A stretch of 61,129 nucleotides of DNA, the filler included, from Catajapyx aquilonaris (taxonomy: Eukaryota), in assembly GCA_000934665.2 (NCBI GenBank). It is 3 parts of 3 records of this genome, joined end to end, with 100 filler letters (N's around TTAATTAATTAA, not from the genome) between each part and the next. Parts side by side here need not be neighbours in the genome. Positions count along the whole stretch, not along the records: positions 40,828 to 61,129 come from JYFJ02006295.1; 2 more parts are not named here. One strand, written 5' to 3'. How positions within the stretch are numbered: position 1 is the first letter of the stretch; each line of letters starts with the position of its first letter. Below, in pieces: positions 51,065 to 61,129 of the stretch. Below the pieces are notes generated by a model. That model was not told where the DNA came from, did no database searches, and saw only the letters and a program-made list of their open reading frames with translations. The position numbers and the translations under genes are program-made.

Positions 51065-52015
51065 TGTTGCATAGTTATGTGCCGAGTTATGTTGCATAGT
51101 GATGGAATGTCAATAAAGGACTCTTTGACTAGACGCATTAAAAACGGTTGTACTTTTCCTTTGCTCTCCATTTCCCTGTCCTCCTACGTTCGGCAGGGAT
51201 CATAACAATTGGCGACGAGGCGGAGAAGACACCTACGTGTTCCAGCACACTACGCTGTATGGAAGTCTTGCTACTGGAATCCGTCCCGCAGTCTCCCCTG
51301 AGTGCGAAATCCATTGCCGCACTTACCACAAAGGACCAAACTTTGAATAAAGTTCTGCGCTACTGTCTCCCGGGATGGCCTACAAGCAAACCTGATGACT
51401 TGGAGCTGCTACCGTACTGGACAAGGTCATCTGAATTGTCTGTTCACAATGGGTGCATGCTATGGGGTACTCGCGTTGTCATCCCTGCTCAAGCCAGGAA
51501 GGACACATTAACGTTACTTCATGTGGGACACCCGGGCATAAGCCACATGAAGGCGTTAGCACATAGCTATCTGTGGTGTCCTCTACTCGACAAAGAGGTG
51601 GAACAGTTCGTTCGCCTCTGTGACAAGTGCCAATCTACACGGCACTTGCTACCAAAAGTCCCAGTACATCCTTGGGAGTACCCCAAGAAACCACGGTCCC
51701 GCTTACACATGGACTTCACAACGGGGCCACACAACGCCCAAAGGCAGATCCAGAGCTCACAGATGGGAGCCCCGTGTCTGCACCGCGGCTGAAGCGACGA
51801 CCGAAGAGGGCCCGGCAGCTTCCCACAGCTTTGGAAGACTACGTACCATAAGTTCGTTTCTACTGGGGGAGGAGTTGCATAGTTATGTGCAGAGTTATGT
51901 TGCATAGTGATTGAATGTCAATAAAGGACTCTTTGACTAGCTGTATTAAGAACGGTTGTACTTTTCCTTTGCTCTCCATTTCCCTGTCCTCCTACGTTCG
52001 GCGGGGATCATAACA
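51065..52015 (+). mobile_element. Miniature deleted Gypsy (Mag-like) LTR element, 951 bp
   Basis: 143-bp LTRs 51065-51207 and 51873-52015; 5-bp TSD ATTCG; PBS TGGCGACGAGG; PPT GGGGGAGG; integrase HHCC remnant LHVGHPG..CDKC. Confidence 0.92.
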
Positions 52016-53080
52016 ATTCGGTCTAAGATTTAAAAAACTGTGCGCTGCCAGTTGTCCAAGTTGCTCCAGGGCCGGAGGGCAAGAGTGGCTCTGATGATTA
52101 ATTGGACGCCATCTCCCTGTGTGTTGCATGTGCTTTTCCAGCGCGTAGAGAGTGTGGCGCAATCGGATCCTCCCCCTCCATATAATCCACAAGTGTGTGC
52201 AGAGAGCTCTATCAGTGGCAATCCTCCACTTGACCCAACCATTACTGAACTTGGACTGCACAACAGTACCCATCAGTGCCCAATGCAACTTACATTCCAT
52301 TGAAGACTGTCCCTTCTCTCTGTGCAAATACATGTTCTTGAATGAAGGTCATCCCAGAGTTCTTCTTCCACCCTGCTACCCCTTTTCCCCACCAGCACCC
52401 CGCAAGGGATCTCTTGATGGTTAGGGGATTGATGCCCATCCCAGCACATTTCTCCTGAAGACCTCCAGGATGCCCCAGCAATGTCATTCGGCTCAACTCC
52501 TCCCCTAATTTATTTTTTTAAAAATGTGGCTGTAATCACTGAAGTGGTTGCTGGCTGCTCCAGAAAAATGTGAACACTTGGGCAGCACTTGCCATGATGT
52601 CCTAATTCTTGGGACAGGAACACTGCTTGCAGATGTTGCTAAAGTGCATTATGCAGAGGGCACCAAAGTCAACAAATGGCTGGCAAATTTGTGCTGGCAG
52701 CTTAAAAGTCCAATGCCCATCTGAATTCACATTGACCATCTCACATCCCTTTTCTCCAAGGTTGGATGCATAATGCAGCATGGTATTCCCAGGGTGGTTG
52801 CTGTTCCACGAAGGCGGTGAATGAATTCAGAGAAGCTGACACAGGAACAAACGCAACAGCTTGATGATAGTGGCAGCGTAGCAGGCAGCTTCATGTTCCT
52901 TCTCACGACCAGGATCTTTCATCTTCTACAAGCCCGCAGGTTGGTCACACTGGATCCGCAGGTTTCTAAGGTCCAGAATGGCATCCCTACTAGCTTCAAA
53001 ACACCTGCAAAACAGATTCAGCAGTTAATACACAGCAACAACAGGCATCACCTAACCAAAATTTGCTGAAGACCTTATAA

Positions 53081-53326
53081 CAGTGCTTCCCAATTTCTTT
53101 CATTGGCGACCCCAAAAAATCGTATCGTAAAATTTGCGACCCCTGATACGTCCACATTTCCATCCACCGACATGAAAAGACAGGTAAACAGTGAAATGAC
53201 CTTACCTTATGTTCATAATTTTCAAGAAAGCATAATTTTGTGAAAATAATTTTCAACCCTCCCTCGCGACCCCAAATATTTTCGCGGCCCCACATGGGGT
53301 CGAGACCCACAGTTTGGGAAGCAATG
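53081..53326. mobile_element. hAT MITE (246 bp)
   Basis: 8-bp TSD CCTTATAA; TIR CAGTGCTTCCCAA / TTGGGAAGCAATG; partial relative at about 28181-28226. Confidence 0.9.
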
Positions 53327-53669
53327 CCTTATAATGTGTAGTTAATTAACATGCAATGCATACTGAACTATATTGCCATGGCAAAACAATTCAGTTTTTC
53401 ATTGACAATGACACAAGCTGCTTATTTCGGCACTTGCAAGATGACAATGTCCACACAACTGACCAACCAAGTAACAATACATTGTAACTTTGTTTGTCAA
53501 CCTCATTCAAGACTATGCAACAGAAGTACACACAACAGACGGTGGCAGAGATTCATGGGCCAGTCTAAAAATAATTTTCTGATGCTACAGTTTCAACGCT
53601 GTATGGCGGACAGAGTAAAGATAAGCATGGGCAGGTATGTTGATCCTTCCTCTACTTTATAAGACCAGT

Positions 53670-54150
53670 AGACGCCTTCATGCAACTTGTGCGCAGGTGT
53701 TCGAAGAGACAGAGTGGTGATCGGAGCGTCCCCGCCGTATGCCGCCAGGAAATGTCATGCCAGACAGAGACTGTCGGTCAAATGGACTGAGGCAAAAGTT
53801 AGGGCAGACGTTCACTACTAGTGGTCGACATTTGACATACGCCATTCATTGCCAGCTAGTGGAGTGTACTGTCCGGAGATGTCATGTCTGAGCAAAAGGT
53901 GCGGCGATATGGTGCCAGCAATTTTGGAATAAGCTCATGAGCGTGGAAGGCAACCAGAGATCTGGACAATCAACCACAGCAATTACAGACAGTGTCCTCA
54001 AGTGACCTAACTTCTTTCTTAGTCTCAACCAAGGACCAACACTCTCCATATGGTATGACATTTCCTGGCGGCATGTGGGCTGGCATGCTCAGCTCGCCAC
54101 TTGGTCTCCTGAGACGGCTTTCGCGCCTGCGCACAAGTTGCAATAAGGTG
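53670..54150. mobile_element. Decayed mariner-derived element
   Basis: Inverted TGCAACTTGTGCGCAGG at about 53681 and 54125; DVMSEQKVRR resembles the mariner N-terminal HTH. Confidence 0.45.
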
Positions 54151-55594
54151 CCCACCTGTCTTATAATGTAGAGGAAGGACCAACGTATCTGCCCATGCTC
54201 ATTTTTACCTGTCTGTCGCATGGAGTCAACACTGCAGCACAGAGAAACTTATTTTCCAACTAGCCCTAGTAGTATTTCCTTGCTCATTGGGAGGAATGGC
54301 CGGGAAACCACATATTTAAATGCGATTTCACCAAATTAGATCAAATTATTCAATCATTCCCACCTTCATGGAAAATAAATATGAGCTGCATGTTATCATA
54401 AATAAGGAAATATAGTAAATTTCACAAATGTACAGCAGCAGCTTATTTGAAAGTGATCTGACCCAAAAAGAATTTTTTGGCAAATATTTTATTACATAAT
54501 ACTAAATCCTTAACAGGTTTTGCATTTAGTACTTGTTATTTGAAAGTTAATATTAATAATTTGATTAGTAATCATAAATATGGCATTAATGCACTGACCT
54601 CTGAGTCCTAGGGCATCTGGCATAATACTTTTAATTATTTAGAAGTGACAAATTTTTCTGTTTTCTCAATAAAGGCAGGATAGCATAAGCATGAGCAGAT
54701 ATTAAAATAATTAAATGCCAACTTCACCCTATGTTTCCCGCTGGATTCAACAAGTTTTGGGTGGGGGTATAAAAATAGCACCGCATGAAAAATTGGACAA
54801 GCTCTCACACTTCTGTAACAATTTAAACATTGTTGCCATAACCCATTTCCCCCTGGGGCCTATTAAAGTTGACAATTTCCCACCCCGACTTCCACACCTC
54901 AGATAAACAGAAGAATCTGGACTAGTTGACCACCAGATGACTCATGTCATGTTCAAGCTGAAAAGCAATTCACAATGTTGTAAATACACTTCATGTTGCA
55001 CAACTTTCATCAGCAACTCTATACGAATCATTTTTATCCTGTGGTTTGGCAATGACATTGGATTAATTTGTAAAACTTTTTATCATGACGCAGAATTAAT
55101 AAGATGAATGGATCACACATGCATTAGTGAACAAGTTGGTACAATTTGGATAGTTGTCAATTTCATGCATATTTGGAGAAGTGGGTCATCAGGATAAACA
55201 ATTTTCGCACCTATTCGAATCCAGACACATAAATGGCGTCTCATACTTCCTTATTACCCACATGTTAACTACACTCATCATACATTAAATGCCACAGATG
55301 GAAATGTTAATTGCAAAGATGAGGCTTTTTCGAGTGGAATGCTACCTACACCACACTCCCTGTGCAAAAGAACAGGGAAGAGAAAAGAGGCCGAAAGAGG
55401 CGGAGGGAGTTGAAGTCAATCAGTTATAATATTCGTCTCAATCCTCCCTCATCGGCATGCCCCAGCAACGTGTTTGAATCCCCTCCGTACCCACCTGCAG
55501 GGGAAAGAATGGTTCAAATTGGTCCGCCTGAACAAGATCCCTGTGGGCATGTGCCAGCACCGCGGACGTTGACTTTTCTGTTACACTACCTCAC

Positions 55595-55791
55595 CTGTTC
55601 TGGAGGCAATGGAAGGATAGTGCGGCCAGGAGTCGGCCTGGCGTCACCCGGCCGGTATGCCTCTTCCGCACCGTCCTCCTCCGTGCTTCGTAGTGGGGCG
55701 TTCCACTGCCCGTCCCCAGACCAGTTCCACCCGGGCTAGGACCACGGGCGTGCCCCGGGCAGGAGAGAGAGACCCACTCGGCATCCTCACT
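55595..55791 (-). CDS. Possible coding exon (SEDAEWV...EARRRTVRKR...LSFHCLQN)
   Basis: GC-rich open frame; strong donor CAG|gtgagg (phase 2); pyrimidine tract with a weak aag acceptor (phase 0). Confidence 0.4.
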
Positions 55792-58424
55792 CTTGTTCGA
55801 TCGGAAGGAGATGGAAATTGAAAAGAGGGAAGCGTCGATTAATCGATACTGCATGTCCAAGTATCGATACTTGCATCGGGGCCATAAATATCCATAGTGG
55901 AAGGGTTTGGTCGCTCCGATACGATGGTGGACGCCATCTTTGGTCCAACATTGCCCCTCTACTGTCATCACTATTATTTACTGTACATTTTGGCTACGTA
56001 TAGACATTTGGAAGCTAGCTGACTTGTTCAAGAAGTCATCTTTACATTAGGACTTCCAGCACAGGAGCACCGTCACCAAATTCTGACAGGAAGCAACGAG
56101 GCTGTACCTTATGTGCAGATGATGCCTTTTCGTTCAATAGAAAACCACATCAAAATTTTTACACTCCTTAAAAGCAACTGGCTCCAGGAAAAAATGCATT
56201 TGTTAATAACCCATCTCAGGGGAAATCGAACCATCGTAAGGTAGCCATCATGTATACTGTATAGCTACATTCATTCTGCCATTACGGCCTCAAAAATATC
56301 ATTAATAACATTTGACACCAAAATACTTCTAGATCAGAATAACTAGGTTTGGTTTAGGTTTTGTTAAGAAGACGCCAAAGCAACTATGGCTATCTGGCTA
56401 TAGAAGATTCAAATGTGGGACAGATGGAGAGAGAAACGAAGAGGAAAAAAGAAGAGAGGAAAGACTGGTTTCAAAACCAATGATATACCATTGGATTTTT
56501 TTATAAGAGATGTAAAGATATGAAATAAAATTTCATACACACATTTGGGCACATCTGGGAAAGAGTCACCCAAAGGAACAAAGCAGCTCGCCCTTCGTCC
56601 AGAGGAGCAACACACCAACTATCGGTGAGTGGTTAAGACTACGATTGAAAGTGCATCAGTAGCAAGACAAGACAGTGAATCAGACGAGTGGTCAACATAC
56701 TGTCAGATACAGTATACATAACCCAGTCCGACCACACAGACAATGCACCAATGCAAAACCAAACAACAGTTTCTATAGGCGACAAAGCAAGAGAATCATC
56801 AATAATAAGCAGAAAGCCGGAAAGACAATAAAAAAACATGGCGAAACCAGGATTTTGCAATCATATCCTATATATGGGGCACTCCACGTCAACTGTTACC
56901 AACTTTCCAACAAACCTCTTCCAATTTCAACCAAAATTCATAGGTTTGTTGTACCGGTACTAGTTTATACTGTAGTATAATATGTAAATAACCTGGTTTT
57001 TTGATTCTCTGTGACACATGGTTGCGAAACTACAGGGTGAATAAGTTGCGACTTGTCACTTATCTTTTGCCGTCAGGGCTTGGAATGGAGGCCCGTAACT
57101 TCTGAACTCCTAGAGTGAATCCAAATTTAATACATGATTTCGGTACATCTTTTAACGGCCTTTCATTGGCATTGAAAATAGACTGAAATTAATATTAAAA
57201 TTTCAAGATGGCGGCAGAATTTTGGTTTTAGCATTACTCAACGTTTGACACTTATGAAAAAAAATATTTAATGATACTCAAAATGAAGCTTGAAATGTGT
57301 GCTTCATATTTCCAAAAAGACTACGAGGTGCCATGGGACACATTTTTTGCAACCATTGCAATCGATAAAAAGACTTTATACACTTTCTCTACAGCGCATT
57401 GCTGCAAGATGCAAGAAATGACTTAACGGGTGACGCAAAGTATGAAGGTCTCCCATTTGGGCATTAGATGTGTTACTACTATGTTTAGAAGGTATATGCT
57501 TGTGTATGTCATGTTCGAAAGCATATTAATATTCATTCTAATATTAATTAGGTAATAGGCAAAGTCGAAACGGTACACCCTTACTGCTTGAGTTTTGCAT
57601 AATAATTAATTAAAACTAGTCATGAGATGGTACAAGTATGTAAGAGTAAACAAAATATTTGTTATCTCATAGCGGCTGTGTTGGCACCAAAACCTATCAT
57701 ATCATCATTACTTGTGTGAATACTTTCATTAATGGATTATAATTAAGTCACTCATGCAAGTCATGCAACAAAGGCGGATAGAATAAAAATTTGGTATGGT
57801 GCACTCAGTTACTTGCGGTATAATTTGTTCATATGGAATAGGATTTTCTCGTTGATACTGAACATCTCTTATTCTCACATGACACTGCATGTGACGACGA
57901 CTGAGATCACTTAACTTGGCGCTAATTGGGTCAGGTCATACCACGGGGGAACCCAAGAACGGCACATCCGAGCTCTGAGAAATTACTCAATAATATTGTC
58001 ATTAGCGAATGACATCTATGTCACAATTGCGGACTGCTTATATCTATACAGTATTAGTCATACCTGGTGAATAACACAAAACAAAGAAGAGCAAGGTTGT
58101 CACGAGGGTTGTGACAATCTCTGAGCAAAAGCAGGCAAAAGTTAGTAGCCGATGCGACTATGGAGTCCACTTGTGGGGGATACAACAGATAAAATATTGA
58201 TAATAATACCGTAGCCAGAATTTCACTTATTCATTGGGCGACTTTGAACATTGTTTCCTCTGAACCTCGGATATGAATTGGTAGCCATATTAAATGCCGC
58301 TCCACGACTATCGAACAATAATGAAACAAGTTAAAGATGATATCACTGTTCAAGAGGCCTCCCACCCACCCACCCCCCTTCCAGATACACTAGTTAGAGT
58401 GATAAAAGTATACTGTTTCTGTAG

Positions 58425-58480
58425 GCAAACAAAGGAGGCTGAAGCAGGAGCCATCCCCTCAATATTTTCCTTCCGGCATA
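58425..58480 (+). pseudogene. THAP-domain C-terminal remnant
   Basis: After acceptor tttctgtag|, KQRRLK then (frameshift) GAIPSIF, like the THAP AVPTIF box. Confidence 0.4.
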
Positions 58481-59019
58481 GTAAGTGACATGTGGGCCGA
58501 GAAGAGAGAAAATGACATGTTGGCACTGCAAACATATGGCCTACAGGATGTTTCCCAGGAAGTTACTATTGAAACAGACGTTCCCCTTAAAGAGATTGAT
58601 GAAGTTGCAGCTGACATCCTATGAAAACTCACGACTGCTGATGAGAAGGATCTCCCCCAAGTGATCTGGTGGGTCCAGCGAGCTGACAAACTTGCCAGAT
58701 CCGATCCGAATCAGTGATTGATAAACACCTCAACCTGAGACAAAAGGGTACCAAGTTAATGTTATAGCAAAAGTTTCCCATAGAAGTGACTGCTCTAACT
58801 AACACACCAGCCGGCGGAGATTTGTGTCATTGCATTGGAATTATTGTTACATGTTGAATATTCATCCGGTTGCAAACTTTTCAGAGTTCTAAGTAGAATT
58901 TTGACCAGGACCAAAAGGTGAAGAGGTACGGTACAACACAAGAACACTGAAGAAGTCATACCCACAACATTTTCGGCCAGAGTCATGGTCCTCGGGGTCC
59001 TCGAGGTTAACGCCAATAG

Positions 59020-59338
59020 TTATTGATGTTCATTGCCCTTCAAACTTAACATCCTTGTGATATGAGTGATCTTCGTAATTCATATTTTGACGAACGATCA
59101 GGAGGTTTATAGTCGCAAATACGACGATATTTTGTGTCAGGCGCTTTTGTAATATGCGGTCACAATTCGCCAATATTTATTGGTGTTCATTGCCCTCCAA
59201 CCTTAACATCCATATGGGCATGTGATGTGTCTTACTCGTAGCTAGTTGTAGTCATCATCCACTGTGGAACGATCAGTAGGGTTATAGTCGCAAGTACAAT
59301 TTTATATTTTGTTCCAGGAGTTCTTGTAATATGAGGTC
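59020..59338. repeat. Diverged tandem duplication (period about 158 bp)
   Basis: TGTTCATTGCCCT..TTAACATCC..AACGATCAG..TTATAGTCGCAA..TTGTAATATG occurs twice. Confidence 0.7.
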
Positions 59339-60686
59339 GTAATATACTATAGAGATAAGGGATCCTCTGAACCCCTTCGCTACCAGATAGGCCCGAACCA
59401 CGTAGATTTTGGCTTGGGACAGCAATTGCAGGTTACTGGATGATATTATTCGATAGGTATTTCCAGAATACACAAGAAGCCCATTTTGGCACAATGACGT
59501 AACATGCACTTTGCATGATCAATCACGGAATGGTGATGACAACACTCCATTCGCACAAGAAGCATATTCTGTACAGTCTTATATTAAATACTCGGACCAC
59601 ACTAAATGATGAGAGAAGACTGGAATTAACAGAATGACGTCACCCCTGTTTGTTACATAAATCAGCCTTCATCTACATCAACATTAAACCTATTACTCCA
59701 TACCTTTTTAGTAAAATTCATGCAACATTTCTCTGCATGACTGGTCAACACTCTTAAAATAACGATAACTGGAAAATCCCTCAGAATGGGTCAGAAGGGA
59801 ACACTAAGCCACGACCTGTGGAGAATTCCCATCCCCAATCTTCACGAATATCTTCAGAGGCCTTCAGGAGACGAATACACGTCCAATCAACACTATCAGG
59901 ACCAAAATAGGTCAATAGAAAGTACAAATACTCTTGTATAGCAGTTGATCAAGCCTTTCCCCACTTTTTTGATAACATTCTTGTGTTTAAAAAGTAAGCA
60001 CTGCTAAATAAGCACCTTTCCAACCAAATTCTTTCAGCCACATGACTGCACATACCAGTAACTTATAGTGGACTAGTGTCCATCGAATTGGCTGGTGTTA
60101 AAGTCACAACCCTCAACGAAACTCAAGAAAGACCCTAGCGACTCTGGGTTAAATCTTTGACCTGAAACAGGTCCCGAGTGTGCCTGCAATGCAACAGAAA
60201 ATGCCCATTTGACGAGATAACTGCTGAATCAGCAGGGGGTTACTAGGGTGGGTCTTTTACGTAAAGAGGTACAGTACTTGGACTATCCCTCCCTATACAA
60301 CCATTATACACGACCTGTATCTAAATGACTGAGACACTTTTACCACGATTACACAGATAGCACGGCAATGATTACGTAACAAGTCATATAATTTTTTACC
60401 GGTGCAACTATCTGATTCCTCAGGATGTTCAAATAGACGACGACGAGGACAAGCTTACACAACCTCCCAAGAGAGAAGAAAACCAGGCAAATATGCAGAC
60501 ACAAAAATTGCGTAGTCTAATAGTTCTGGGTAAATTATTAGGTCCGATTGGTTTTGAAATATCACTTTTGGCATGTTAAAAAATAACGTAGATAAGGTTG
60601 GCAGAAGATTGTAGATAAGGATGTAAGCCAAACACAGGCAGCATCCATAATACAATAATTATCAGCAACTGGGAGGTGTAAATGGC

Positions 60687-60947
60687 CGCCTGGGGAGTTC
60701 CCTTTCACTTGCGTCGGGAGGGTCTCTGACCTGCACCTTGGAGGTGTCTGGCACTCTAATCTCCTCAGGAAACAGCACATGACCCAAAGCGAAGACATTG
60801 CACTTGCACCCAAGTTCCCTCCCCAAAAATCCAATTCCTTCCCCAATGTCCCTGTTTCCTTTCACCGGAGAATGAAGTTGAAAAAGATATAGAAAACTGA
60901 TGGTGGTGTGCCACCCCCTATAGATACCGTAAGGAACATCACAGGGT
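60687..60947 (+). mobile_element. tRNA-derived SINE family A, 5'-truncated copy
   Basis: Colinear with 32290-32460 and the reverse of 9255-9510. Confidence 0.75.
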
Positions 60948-61129
60948 AAACAAAATATATAAAAAATTACAAAATTATCCCCATATATATGAAGCTCAAA
61001 ATTTGTACATTTATTTATCACGCCTAATTAAACCACTTCCCGGGTACGGAGAGCGCTCAAATTTCTCACAGCCATGTCTTATATATCACTGACCCCGGGA
61101 AAAGTCCAAACACCGCATTTCGTCGAGTA

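Overview
Repeat-rich eukaryotic genomic DNA, most likely arthropod/insect (GT-AG introns, tRNA-derived SINEs, Helitrons, TGEKP zinc-finger array). The window has three pieces joined by artificial 100-nt spacers (N44-TTAATTAATTAA-N44 at 20314-20413 and 40728-40827), so adjacency across them is unproven. Best-supported content: (1) a 3-exon minus-strand C2H2 zinc-finger gene (about 695 aa, 20 fingers; 39291-29224); (2) a structurally complete pogo-superfamily DD35D transposon (42708-45439) whose transposase gains a PHD finger through a spliced second exon; (3) an internally deleted Gypsy LTR element (23742-27415, AAGC TSD) that keeps an intact RNaseH-integrase frame with a long disordered, AT-hook-bearing tail and has a fold-back rearranged 5' LTR; (4) a 951-bp mini LTR element (51065-52015, ATTCG TSD); (5) several isolated minus-strand exons of a large host gene that look like alternative N-terminal exons; (6) many MITEs (Tc1/mariner-, hAT-, piggyBac-, Kolobok-like), Helitrons, SINEs and decayed fragments. 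I see no prokaryote-type system such as CRISPR or an operon. The most interesting signals are the chromatin/DNA-reader domains attached to two different integrating enzymes; whether they are novel cannot be settled without database searches.
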